Positions 9,377-18,014 of a stretch of DNA of 24,000 bases are shown piece after piece; positions within the stretch are counted from its first letter, which is position 1, and each line of letters opens with the position of its first letter. The notes under the pieces are model-generated. The model was not told the DNA's origin and did not search any database. It saw nothing but the letters and a program-made list of their open reading frames with translations. A program made the translations under genes and the position numbers. The DNA is from Oscillatoria nigro-viridis PCC 7112 (GTDB taxonomy: Bacteria; Cyanobacteriota; Cyanobacteriia; Cyanobacteriales; Microcoleaceae). The stretch spans positions 6,707,445 to 6,731,444 of the forward strand of contig NC_019729.1 of assembly GCF_000317475.1 (NCBI RefSeq), read 5' to 3'.

Positions 9377-9699
9377 TCCTCTGCCAACAGAAGGTACAAG
9401 GGATCGATCGACAGGCAGAATTTTTGCGGGTCGGAATCGATAGGCAGGGCTGCAAATAAGGACACTTTTTTGATATCGAGTCGGGAAAAAAAATCTGATT
9501 TTTCTTTCTATCCCGATGCGGGAGGCTAGTATCAACTTTTTTTCCTTCTGACGCAGCGTACAAGCGCCCGGATTGGGGTCAATCGAGGTCTGAGCTTTGC
9601 AAAGCCTGCAAAATCCGAGATTGCTAACATTGAGCATCGATCGGTGTTAGTTTTTCGCGCAACATAGCCTATAGTTGATCGTGAATTGGCGTTTAGTTA

Positions 9700-11190
9700 A
9701 CAATTTCGCGCCCTCGTCCCCCAAACTAATTTGGTACTCCCTATCGGTGGGGGGATATAAGGTAGTTATAAACGAAACGCCCTGCGATCGATATTTACTA
9801 CAAGCAAGTGAGGGAATAAGGCGGTTAAATATATCACAATTTCTCCAGTATTCTAAGAAAATTGTAAATTCTGTTAGAATTCGATGGGAGGTTGCACAAT
9901 GCTCTGTTTGACGTACACATACCGAATTTATCCAGATGCCAGTCAAGAAGCCAAAATGCTTGCTTGGATGGAGATTTGTCGCAAAGTTTATAATTACGCT
10001 TTGCGAGAGCGAAAAGACTCGATAGCATCGCGTAAGTGTGCGATCGACGCTTGCAGTATTGATTCTGAGTACATCATTCCATCTGACGCAGCCTATCCTG
10101 ACTATTACAAACAACAGAAGGCCCTGACAAGAGCGAAAAAAGTAAATCCCGAACTCCAAGAGGTTCAATCGCAAGTTTTACAAGATGCCTTGAAGCGACT
10201 CGATCGGGCTTTCAAGTTTATGAAAGAACGTGGTTTTGGGTTTCCTAGATTCAAAAAGTTAGGTTCGTATCGGTCGTTTACTTTCCCTCAGTTCAAAGAC
10301 TATCCATTGATAGGAGTACAAATAAAGCTGCCTAAGATTGGAGCAGTGCCAATTAATTTGCACCGCCCCATCCCAGATGGGTTTGTCATTAAACAGGTGA
10401 GGGTAATCAACAAAGCATCAGGATGGTACACTCAATTGATTTTGCAGTGTGATGTCTCTGTTCCCGATCTCATGCCTCAGGGTTTGTCTATTGGCATCGA
10501 TCTGGGATTGGAGAAATTCTTGGCTGTATCTAACGGTAAGTTACTCTCAAGACCGCGTTTCTTTGTAGACTTGGAAAACAAGCTTAAATGGCTGCAACGC
10601 AAGCTGAGAAACAAAACTAAGGGTTCTGCTAACTACCGCAAGATCCAACACAAAGTCCGCCTTCTGCACGAGCGCATTCACGATCTCCGTAAAGAGTTTC
10701 ATTTCAAAACAGCTCATGCTTTATGCGATTTGGGAGTTGGAATGATTTTTACTGAGGAGTTGAATCTCAAAATGATGAGTCGCGGGATGCTAGCAAAACA
10801 CTGTCTTGATGCTAGTTGGGGCGGATTCCTCGATATCCTATCTTGGGTTTGCTGGAAACGTGGCGTGTACTTTGCTAAAGTTGACCCGAATGGCACTAGC
10901 CAAACTTGTCCTCAGTGTTCCACTCATACAGGAAAGAAAAAGCTGTCCGATCGCATTCGTGCTTGTCATGAGTGTGGATACACAACAGACCGCGATGTTG
11001 CTGCTGCAATGGTAGTAGAACAAAGGGGTCTTGCCGCTGCGGGACTCGCAGTCAAGTTGCCTGTGGAGGTATCGTTATCGGGGACTTCGGTCTAGATACG
11101 ACCAATGAAGCAGGAATGCCCATCTGTGAATTTGGGAAGCCTACACGCTCATTTGGTACTCCAAATCGGTGTATGGAGGATGTCACCAAG
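9700..11190 (+). mobile_element. Solo-tnpB IS200/IS605-family element (no tnpA); boundaries approximate (+/- ~30 bp)
   Basis: A tnpB ORF, plus a shared subterminal motif ATTTGGTACTCC-NN-ATCGGTG at 9729-9749 and 11151-11171. At the right end the motif forms a perfect hairpin, ATTTGG-TACT-CCAAAT (11151-11166). The element lies inside the otherwise conserved ftsQ-ftsZ spacer. Confidence 0.55.
9899..11095 (+). CDS. tnpB: TnpB (IS605 OrfB-type RNA-guided endonuclease), apparently intact
   Basis: The track ORF starts at 9884. The ATG at 9899 is preferred because GGAGG lies 7 nt upstream and it gives MLCLTYTYRIYP.... RuvC-like motifs present: IGIDLGL (D), FTEELN (E), TDRDVAAA (D). Zinc finger CPQC...CHEC. 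Confidence 0.85.
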   Translation: MLCLTYTYRIYPDASQEAKMLAWMEICRKVYNYALRERKDSIASRKCAIDACSIDSEYIIPSDAAYPDYYKQQKALTRAKKVNPELQEVQSQVLQDALKRLDRAFKFMKERGFGFPRFKKLGSYRSFTFPQFKDYPLIGVQIKLPKIGAVPINLHRPIPDGFVIKQVRVINKASGWYTQLILQCDVSVPDLMPQGLSIGIDLGLEKFLAVSNGKLLSRPRFFVDLENKLKWLQRKLRNKTKGSANYRKIQHKVRLLHERIHDLRKEFHFKTAHALCDLGVGMIFTEELNLKMMSRGMLAKHCLDASWGGFLDILSWVCWKRGVYFAKVDPNGTSQTCPQCSTHTGKKKLSDRIRACHECGYTTDRDVAAAMVVEQRGLAAAGLAVKLPVEVSLSGTSV

Positions 11191-11205
11191 CTGTAATCTA
11201 CTACC
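10960..11205 (+). ncRNA. Putative TnpB omega/right-end RNA (scaffold overlapping the tnpB 3' end, guide from flanking DNA)
   Basis: Called by analogy with characterised TnpB systems. The structured 3' region after the stop (aatgaagcaggaatgccc..., hairpin 11151-11166, ...ggaggatgtcac) resembles tnpB 3' tails as I remember them. Ends are not determinable without RNA data. Confidence 0.35.
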
Positions 11206-11215
11206 CCCAACTGTA

Positions 11216-12490
11216 ATGAAGCTTAATAATAGACACGGGTCTGACCAAGACAGTCCCCCTTCGGAAGAAGTAAAAAATTTTCCGGTGGCAGCAGATTCCG
11301 CCAATCCCTTTAGACGCAAGTCTGGTTATGTAAATGTAGATAGTATTGATATCGATCCTATGGTCAATCCCAAAGACATAATGCCCAGCAGTGCCGCCAA
11401 AATCAAAGTAATTGGCGTCGGCGGTGGTGGGGGCAACGCCGTTAACCGGATGATTGCTAGCGAGGTTTCTGGTGTCGAGTTTTGGTGCGTGAATACAGAT
11501 TCCCAAGCTCTGGTTCTCTCAAATGCTCCGAAACGCTTGCAAGTCGGACAGAAGTTGACGCGCGGTTTGGGCGCGGGGGGCAATCCGGCGATCGGCCAAA
11601 AGGCTGCGGAGGAATCTCGCGACGAGGTGGCTAATGCTCTGAATCATGCGGATTTGGTGTTTATCACGGCCGGCATGGGCGGCGGTACGGGCACGGGCGC
11701 GGCTCCGATCGTGGCTGAGGTGGCTAAGGAAATGGGCGCTTTGACTGTGGGCATAGTGACGCGGCCTTTTACGTTTGAGGGACGGCGGCGCACCAGCCAA
11801 GCTGAGGAAGGGATTGCGGCTTTGCAAACTCGGGTGGATACGCTGATCGTAATTCCTAACGACAAGCTGCTGTCTGTGATTTCCGAACAAATGCCGGTAC
11901 AAGAGGCTTTCCGAGTTGCTGACGATATCCTGCGCCAAGGGGTTCAGGGTATTTCTGACATTATTACTATTCCCGGTTTGGTGAACGTTGACTTTGCTGA
12001 CGTGCGGGCAGTAATGGCGGATGCGGGTTCGGCTTTGATGGGCATCGGCGTGGGTTCTGGCAAGTCGCGGGCTAGGGAGGCTGCGATGCAGGCTATTTCT
12101 TCGCCTCTGCTGGAAGCTTCGTCTATTGAGGGCGCTAGAGGTGTGGTGTTTAACATCACTGGCGGTACTGACATGACGCTGCACGAGGTGAATGCGGCTG
12201 CTGAGACGATTTACGAGGTTGTCGATCCGAATGCCAATATTATTTTTGGAGCGGTGATTGACGAGCGGCTTCAGGGCGAAATTAAGATTACTGTGATCGC
12301 TACTGGTTTTTCGGGAGAAGTTCCGTCGCCTCCGACTCCGGGGCGGACGCAAAATGTTAATGCTCCTTGGCGGGCTGCAACTGTGCCGGTGACTCCTGCT
12401 CAACAGACGCCCGATCCGAAAGCGAAACCGCCGCAGGATTTGGGATTGGATATTCCTGAGTTTTTACGCAACCGTCGCCCGCCAAGATGA
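11216..12490 (+). CDS. ftsZ: Cell division GTPase FtsZ
   Basis: [17 protein letters not shown], the tubulin signature [10 protein letters not shown], and NTDSQAL. ATG 11216 (MKLNNRHG...) gives a ~69-aa N-terminal extension containing an NPF motif, as in other cyanobacterial FtsZ. The track start at 11105 lies inside the tnpB element tail and is rejected. Confidence 0.93.
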   Translation: MKLNNRHGSDQDSPPSEEVKNFPVAADSANPFRRKSGYVNVDSIDIDPMVNPKDIMPSSAAKIKVIGVGGGGGNAVNRMIASEVSGVEFWCVNTDSQALVLSNAPKRLQVGQKLTRGLGAGGNPAIGQKAAEESRDEVANALNHADLVFITAGMGGGTGTGAAPIVAEVAKEMGALTVGIVTRPFTFEGRRRTSQAEEGIAALQTRVDTLIVIPNDKLLSVISEQMPVQEAFRVADDILRQGVQGISDIITIPGLVNVDFADVRAVMADAGSALMGIGVGSGKSRAREAAMQAISSPLLEASSIEGARGVVFNITGGTDMTLHEVNAAAETIYEVVDPNANIIFGAVIDERLQGEIKITVIATGFSGEVPSPPTPGRTQNVNAPWRAATVPVTPAQQTPDPKAKPPQDLGLDIPEFLRNRRPPR

Positions 12491-12650
12491 TTTTAGATTT
12501 TAGATTTTAGATGGGGGATTTTGGGATTTGAGATTTTAGATTGGGGATTTGGCATTGCATCTCCAATCTCCCATCTAAAAAATCGAAAATATCGAGCATC
12601 TAAAATCTAAAATCGAAAAAATCTAAAATCTAAAATCTAAAATCTAAAAT
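12489..12650. repeat. STRR-like heptamer repeats in inverted orientation (GATTTTA x3 plus degenerate copies on the left; ATCTAAA x4 plus ~3 degenerate on the right)
   Basis: GATTTTA runs span 12489-12509 with degenerate copies to ~12545. ATCTAAA runs span 12598-12618 and 12621-12648. The two arrays are reverse complements and could form a long imperfect hairpin between the convergent ftsZ and MBL genes. The right array encodes the last 6 codons (ILDFRF*) of the MBL gene. Confidence 0.85.
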
Positions 12651-13421
12651 TTCCAGGGTTTGACCTGGTTCGGGTTCGAGGAGTTGGGTGGAGAGTCCCG
12701 ATTTTGCTAGTAAATCGCGAAATTCGGGGATGCTGCCGACCGATCGCACTAACATTGGTAAAATGCCTGTGGTTCGGATGTCTCCCGCCGCTGTAGGCAG
12801 GAAAAACCGAGGTTTCAGTGTTTGGGCGAGACTGAGGGCTTCCGAAGGGCCGATGATGACTTGTCCGAGGAAGGGGAAAATTTGACCGATGACTGGGGCG
12901 ATGGCTACGTCTACTGTGTCTATTTTCTGTTTGACTTTTTCTAATGGTGGCAGGTGCGGTTCGTAATAAAGTGTCTCGCCGCTGCTTAAATCTTTGAGCA
13001 AATAGCCGTTTTCTTCCTGTCCGGGCTGGATTTCGGCTCCGGGTACGGCGGTAATTTGTAACTTTTCTTGATAATTAAATTCTTGCCAATTTGCTAAAGA
13101 TGTGATATTGGTGTAGCCTAAACGGCTGAGGACTTTGGCGGCGGTGGGTGAGGCGATCGCGGGAATTGTCCGATCGAGCTTTTCGAGTGTTGGTCTGTGA
13201 CAGTGGTCGTCTAATCCTTGGGAAATCAGGATGAGGTCGATCGGCGGTAAGGTGCTGGGAGTGAAGGCGACGGGGGTGTTGTGGTAGGCGGTGAACAGCC
13301 AGGGTTGACCGTAAAATACGAGGGGATCGACTAGCCAGGGATCGACGAGGATGGTTTGGGCTGCGATGTGGAAGATCCAAGAGTTGAGGTCGATTCGGGT
13401 GATTTTCACAGTTGTTTGCAA
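12630..13421 (-). CDS. MBL-fold metallo-hydrolase family protein (start uncertain: TTG 13421 or GTG 13409)
   Basis: 263-aa ORF containing LILISQGLDDHCH, a variant of the HxHxDH region of beta-lactamase-fold hydrolases. The family call is made from memory of conserved cyanobacterial MBL-fold proteins. Confidence 0.6.
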   Translation of the reverse strand: MQTTVKITRIDLNSWIFHIAAQTILVDPWLVDPLVFYGQPWLFTAYHNTPVAFTPSTLPPIDLILISQGLDDHCHRPTLEKLDRTIPAIASPTAAKVLSRLGYTNITSLANWQEFNYQEKLQITAVPGAEIQPGQEENGYLLKDLSSGETLYYEPHLPPLEKVKQKIDTVDVAIAPVIGQIFPFLGQVIIGPSEALSLAQTLKPRFFLPTAAGDIRTTGILPMLVRSVGSIPEFRDLLAKSGLSTQLLEPEPGQTLEILDFRF

Positions 13422-13478
13422 TAATTCTTTACATTTGTTTTAATCATAGCTAATTTTGTTTGGGCATTTTAACCCCTT

Positions 13479-13686
13479 GGGAAGCACAGGCGGGACGCCC
13501 GTGCCACAGGGAAGCACAGGCGGGACGCCCGTGCCACAGGGAAGCACAGGCGGGACGCCCGTGCCACAGGGAAGCACAGGCGGGACGCCCGTGCCACAGG
13601 GAAGCACAGGCGGGACGCCCGTGCCACGGAAGCACAGGCGGGACGCCCGTGCCACAGGGAAGCACAGGCGGGACGCCCGTGCCACA
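13479..13686. repeat. Tandem array, 7 copies of a 30-bp GC-rich unit gggaagcacaggcgggacgcccgtgccaca (copy 5 is 28 bp)
   Basis: Read directly from the sequence. The array lies in the divergent spacer between the MBL start (13421) and the thiD start (13742). Each unit contains a small cggg-acg-cccg hairpin. It generates several artefactual repeat-encoded ORFs on both strands. Confidence 0.95.
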
Positions 13687-13741
13687 GATATGATTGGGAT
13701 GTGTGTGGGGAAAGTTGGCGTTTATCGGCGGTTGAAAGAAG

Positions 13742-14551
13742 ATGGTTAAATCGAGGATTCCTGTGGCTTTGACTGTGGCTGGATCTGACAGTGGCGGTGG
13801 GGCCGGGATTCAGGCGGATTTGCGGACTTTTGCGTTTCACTGCGTCCACGGTACGAGTGCTTTGACTTGCGTGACGGCTCAAAATACTTTGGGGGTGATG
13901 CGGGTGGATGCTTTGTCTGCGGAGGCTGTGGCGGCTCAAATTGAGGCGGTGGTTGGGGATATTGGGGTGGATGCTGTGAAGACTGGGATGCTGCTGAACC
14001 GGGAAATTATGGCGGCGGTGGCTTCACAGGTTGAGGCTTTGGGAATCGGGAATTTGGTTGTCGATCCGGTGATGGTTTCGCGATCGGGCGATCGATTGAT
14101 TGACGAGGGGGCGATCGCATTTTTGCGGGATGTTTTGATTCCAATGGCTGCTGTCGTGACTCCGAATCGGTTTGAGGCTCAGATTTTAAGCGGTTTGCAG
14201 ATTGTTTCTGTGGATGATATGCGATCGGCTGCAGAAAGAATTCACAGTTTGGGGGCTAAGGCTGTTTTGGTGAAAGGCGGCGGGATGGCGGGAGATTTGC
14301 GGGGGATTGATGTTTGGTTTGACGGTACGCGGTTGGATGTGTTGAAGACTGAAAATGTTGATACTGGGAATACTCACGGGACTGGTTGTACTTTGAGTGC
14401 TGCGATCGCCGCTAATTTAGCTTTGGGTAAAGATTTGTTTACAGCGGTGAGATTGGCTAAGGATTATGTGACTACTGCTCTCAAATATGCTTTGGATATT
14501 GGGGAAGGCCAAGGGCCAGTAGGTCATTTTTTCCCCCTTTTACTGAAGTAA
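13742..14551 (+). CDS. thiD: Hydroxymethylpyrimidine/phosphomethylpyrimidine kinase ThiD
   Basis: VALTVAGSDSGGGAGIQADLRTF at the N-terminus, VKTGML, GTGCTLSAAIAA, and a length of 269 aa. Confidence 0.9.
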   Translation: MVKSRIPVALTVAGSDSGGGAGIQADLRTFAFHCVHGTSALTCVTAQNTLGVMRVDALSAEAVAAQIEAVVGDIGVDAVKTGMLLNREIMAAVASQVEALGIGNLVVDPVMVSRSGDRLIDEGAIAFLRDVLIPMAAVVTPNRFEAQILSGLQIVSVDDMRSAAERIHSLGAKAVLVKGGGMAGDLRGIDVWFDGTRLDVLKTENVDTGNTHGTGCTLSAAIAANLALGKDLFTAVRLAKDYVTTALKYALDIGEGQGPVGHFFPLLLK

Positions 14552-14743
14552 TAAGTTATTTGTTACTTCTTATTGGTTATTTGTTTGAGTCTGTAATAAT
14601 ATCAAATCCCTTAGCATGGAAATTATTCCTCTCTCTCTTCTCTTCCTCTGTGTTCTCTGCGTACTCTGCGGTTAAATCATTCCGATCCAACCGGAATTGA
14701 TATAACCAATAACACGAGTGAAGCGCCAACAGTCAACAGTCAG

Positions 14744-15145
14744 TTAATTTCTTAATTTTTCAGGCGATAAAGCGATCGCCACCAAGTCTTCGATTTTCTT
14801 AATATTCGGATCGCCGGCCAAATAACCAATACCTCGGTGCAAGTGCAGGCGAAACTGTTTCGCTAGAGTTTCTTTTTCTGTGCCTAAATTGTCTTGGTGA
14901 CACCGCTGCTTCAGGGCCATTATCAAGATATCGGCCATGTCGCCGCCGAAGACATCCCAGCTTAATTCGACGTTGCTGTCGCTGGGAATTGGTACTGGCG
15001 ATGGGATGCTGGGCTCGGCGAGCGATCGGCAAAATCCCCACCTGCATAAAATATTCCACTGATCGATTTTGGTCGATCGTTTCAGTTTTGATAGTTGGTC
15101 TTTGCCTGTTTGGGAGAGGCGGATGCGATCGACTGGTGGTTCCAT
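14744..15145 (-). CDS. dndE: DNA sulfur modification protein DndE
   Basis: 133 aa, downstream of dndD on the same strand. The pattern RIRLSQTGKDQLSKLKRSTKIDQWNILCRWGFCRSL ... FRLHLHRGIGYL matches the DndE family as I recall it. Confidence 0.8.
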   Translation of the reverse strand: MEPPVDRIRLSQTGKDQLSKLKRSTKIDQWNILCRWGFCRSLAEPSIPSPVPIPSDSNVELSWDVFGGDMADILIMALKQRCHQDNLGTEKETLAKQFRLHLHRGIGYLAGDPNIKKIEDLVAIALSPEKLRN

Positions 15146-15411
15146 AGGTTTAAGATTTTTTGGTATATTGTAAAAAGTGTTAATGTTGGGGAAGCAAAGC
15201 CTCTAGATAACCCGAAATAATTAACATTTTTTTACACGGCGCGACTTGATTAAATCTGTTTTTTTTGGTATTGTATTTGTAGTAGGATTTATCCTTAATA
15301 ATGGGATGGTGGCAAAAATAAAATTTTCGCAACCATCCCATTATGCTATATATACTACCGCAACTCCCCAGCAAAGTCAAGGGGGTTGCGGCTATTTTTT
15401 AGCGCGAATTT

Positions 15412-17409
15412 TTATTCCCAGAAGTAACCTTTTTCGACGGTGGTTTGGTGTTTGGCGGAGTCGTATTTGAGGAGGTAGCTGTGGGCGATCGCCTCTAATT
15501 CTTGGAGTTTTTCGTATTCTACTTTTCTAATTTCCGTGTCGGTAGAAAGCAGGATGACTTGGTGGCTGGCCGAGGGGAAATAGCGTTCGACTAGGTTGTT
15601 TCTGTGGGAGGAGTCGAGGCGGCCCAAGGGAGTGTCGATCGCCACTGGCAATTGTCTCCCGGATACTCTAGCCAATCCCCACAAAAAGGCGATCGCCAGC
15701 AATTGTTTTTCCCCGGCTGAAAGTCGGTGTTTGGGTACTGGTTTGCCTTCTGGATCGTAAATCGAGAGGCTAAATGTTTGAGTGTCGATCGCAACTCTGT
15801 GCACGAGGTCGGTTTTGTGCAACAGGTAGCGGAAACAGTCGGTAATTTCTATTTCGAGTTTGTTGAGTTTTTTGAGGGTGAGTTTTTCTTTAAAGAGTTT
15901 CAGGGTGGCTTGGGCTTTGGCGATCGAAGCGATGACGTGTTGGCTGTTTCTGATGGTGAGGTATTCGCTGCTGTAGTTTTCTAGTTCTTTTTGGTTTTTG
16001 GCTAATTCTCTCTCTAATTCATCGACGCGGCGGTTGGCTGATTCGCAGGCTGCGGCTGCAATAGCGACTGCTTTTTGGGCTTTCCTGACCTCTTCTTCTA
16101 GCTTTTCGTAGGCTTCGGGGGAAGCGGCGGCTGCGAGTTGTCTGTCTGTGAAGTCGATTTCTGCTTCGATGCTTTTGATTTCTTCTATTTGGTCGCGGGC
16201 TAGGATTTGCTGGGCTTTGATTTGGTAGCTAAGGAGATTTTCTAGTTGCTGGATGCTGTTGTTGTCGGCGTTCATCCAGGGCGGGGCGTCTGTTCCCGCT
16301 TGCTGTTCGAGTTCTTGGTTTTCTTGGCGGATGAAGTCTTGAATTTTATCTAGCTGTTGCGGGTTTAAAGAGATTTCGGCGATATAGTTGAGAAGGCGAT
16401 CGCTTCTTTGTTTGATAACATTTTTGGCAATCTTTGCTTGCTGCTGGCTGGCTTCTGTTTCTGCTTGAGTTTTTGCTTCACTTAGCAAGGGCGAAATAAG
16501 GGCTAGCGGTAGCGTATTTGATGCCAATTCCATCATGGCTTGACGGGTTTTTTCTGCCTGATTTCTGTAGTCGTTTAGCTGTCTGTCTAGCTGACTGCGA
16601 TCGGCGGCAATTTTCCCGCCTTCAGAAATAAACTTTTCTGATGCTTGTTTCTGATTTTTTTGAGCTTTATCAAATTCGTTTTTAAAGCTGGCTTGTTCTT
16701 GCTTAGCTGAGTCTATTTTATCAGTAATTTCCTTAAAAGTTTGTTCGATTTTCTCTAAAGCAGCCAAGTCTTTTTTGCCAGCAATTTCTTTCCGCTTGCG
16801 GCCGGCTAAAATTTCTAAATCGACGGCGAGGCGTTCTGCTAATTCTAAACCTAAAAGAGATTTAATCGCCCCGACGACAAACTCTGGCGGTGTTTCGAGT
16901 TCGGCAAGTTCTTTTACTTGTTCGCCGTCAAACAGAAATAGGTTGGATATTCCAACTGGCAAAAGGGTTTCGATGTATTCGTCCCAAGTGTTAGTAATTG
17001 CTTTGTCCGACCACCAATCGCTGACAATCTCGCTGTATATGAGAATGCTTAAGGTGTCTTTGATATCTAATTTTTTCCAGTATCTAACTATTTTAAATTG
17101 AGCTAATTTGTCATCTTGGACTTGTTCAAATGTTAGTTCGACGCGGGTATCTTCTAATGGGGGGGTGTGGCGGTTGACGCATTGATTGAGAAAGTCGCTG
17201 TAGCTTAAATTGCCTCTGGTAGAACATTGGGCGCGGCCACCGTAGAGGGCGAGGCGAATGCCGTCCATGAGGGTGGTTTTGCCGCCGCCATTCATGCCGC
17301 CAAATAAAATGACTGGGCAGGGATTTCCGTCTTTTTCGGGGCGGAGATTGATGGTTTGGGTGCCTGCATAGGGGCCGAAGTTTTTGAGGACGAGTTCGAG
17401 GAATTGCAT
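15412..17409 (-). CDS. dndD: DNA sulfur modification protein DndD (SMC/ABC-like ATPase)
   Basis: N-terminus MQFLELVLKNFGPYAG...ILFGGMNGGGKTTLMDGIRLALYG, a long coiled-coil middle, and C-terminus LSAGEKQLLAIAFLWGLARVSGRQLPVAIDTPLGRLDSSHR...ILLSTDTEI. Confidence 0.93.
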   Translation of the reverse strand: MQFLELVLKNFGPYAGTQTINLRPEKDGNPCPVILFGGMNGGGKTTLMDGIRLALYGGRAQCSTRGNLSYSDFLNQCVNRHTPPLEDTRVELTFEQVQDDKLAQFKIVRYWKKLDIKDTLSILIYSEIVSDWWSDKAITNTWDEYIETLLPVGISNLFLFDGEQVKELAELETPPEFVVGAIKSLLGLELAERLAVDLEILAGRKRKEIAGKKDLAALEKIEQTFKEITDKIDSAKQEQASFKNEFDKAQKNQKQASEKFISEGGKIAADRSQLDRQLNDYRNQAEKTRQAMMELASNTLPLALISPLLSEAKTQAETEASQQQAKIAKNVIKQRSDRLLNYIAEISLNPQQLDKIQDFIRQENQELEQQAGTDAPPWMNADNNSIQQLENLLSYQIKAQQILARDQIEEIKSIEAEIDFTDRQLAAAASPEAYEKLEEEVRKAQKAVAIAAAACESANRRVDELERELAKNQKELENYSSEYLTIRNSQHVIASIAKAQATLKLFKEKLTLKKLNKLEIEITDCFRYLLHKTDLVHRVAIDTQTFSLSIYDPEGKPVPKHRLSAGEKQLLAIAFLWGLARVSGRQLPVAIDTPLGRLDSSHRNNLVERYFPSASHQVILLSTDTEIRKVEYEKLQELEAIAHSYLLKYDSAKHQTTVEKGYFWE

Positions 17410-17444
17410 TGTAGATGTTGTTGAGATGGGATGAAAGTTGGTGG

Positions 17445-17964
17445 GTGCGATCGGTGTGTCTGACAGTCTGGGGTCGATCTGTGAGTCCCCTAGTACGACA
17501 GGGATTGAAATCCCTGTCTCATAGCTGAAGTCCTCTGAAAGAGGACTGAAGTTTGTGACTGTTGAATCGGGGTTTTTAGTCTGTCTGTGATTCCCCCATT
17601 ACGACAGGGATTGAAATCCCTGTCTCATAGCTGAAGTCCTCTTGAAGAGGACTGAAATTTGTGACTGTTGAATCGGGGTTTTTAGTCGGTTTTAACCGAC
17701 TTTTGCTTTCTCGACGGGGATTTCAATCCCCGGTGGATCTTGGGGTAAGGGCGATCGACCAATCGAGTCGATCGGGGTCGATCTGTGAGTCCCCTAGTAC
17801 GACAGGGATTGAAATCCCTGTCTCATAGCGAAAGTCCTCTTGAAGAGGACTGAAGTCGGCGATCGTTTGATTTGGCTTTTCAGTCGGTTAAAACCGACTT
17901 TCGCTATTAGACGGGGATTTCAATCCCCGGCGGACTTGTGGGTAAGCCCGATCGCCCCCAAAGT
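17445..17964. repeat. Cluster of ~3.5 tandem copies of a ~180-bp quasi-palindromic multi-hairpin element (REPIN-like)
   Basis: Unit structure: CAGGGATtgaaATCCCTG-tctcatagc-AGTCCTCTtgaAGAGGACT, a spacer, then AGTCGGTTttaaACCGACT-ttcgct-CGGGGATttcaATCCCCG-gcgga...gcccgatcgcccc. Copies lie at ~17445-17580 (left half only), 17581-17757 and 17765-17964. Confidence 0.85.
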
Positions 17965-18014
17965 CTGAATAGCTGGAGATGCCGCGAGTCGGAGAGTCTG
18001 CCAATGTTTTTCAA

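Noticed and set aside
9228-10174. Minus-strand ORFs (111-175 aa) in the ftsQ-tnpB interval and antisense to tnpB
   Set aside because: No recognisable motifs. They overlap the ftsQ end and the tnpB start, and have Cys/Arg-rich odd composition.
11105-11215. Track start codon 11105 for ftsZ (461-aa version)
   Set aside because: The extra 37 codons ([37 protein letters not shown]) lie in the structured right end of the tnpB element and are unlike FtsZ N-termini. ATG 11216 restores a typical cyanobacterial N-terminal extension.
11201-12403. Minus-strand ORFs antisense to ftsZ (up to 294 aa)
   Set aside because: They have Arg/Ser/His-rich low-complexity translations opposite a highly confident ftsZ ORF. 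They are typical GC-skew shadows.
13479-13686. Possible CRISPR array (regular 30-bp repeats)
   Set aside because: The repeats are directly abutting with no unique spacers, so this is a plain tandem repeat.
13687-13741. TPP riboswitch upstream of thiD
   Set aside because: I see no CUGAGA / ACCUGAUCUGGAUAAUGCCAGCG-like core. The leader is only ~55 nt after the repeat array.
13440-13939. Five overlapping ORFs (71-156 aa) on both strands across the 30-bp tandem array
   Set aside because: Their sequences are just the repeat unit translated in different frames (GSTGGTPVPQ, EAQAGRPCHR, ARASRLCFPV). One overlaps the well-supported thiD start. They are repeat artefacts.
12630-14551. MBL hydrolase or ThiD as functional stand-ins for the missing dndA
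   Set aside because: Neither is a PLP-dependent cysteine desulfurase. Their adjacency to dndE is most simply just the chromosomal boundary of the dnd island.
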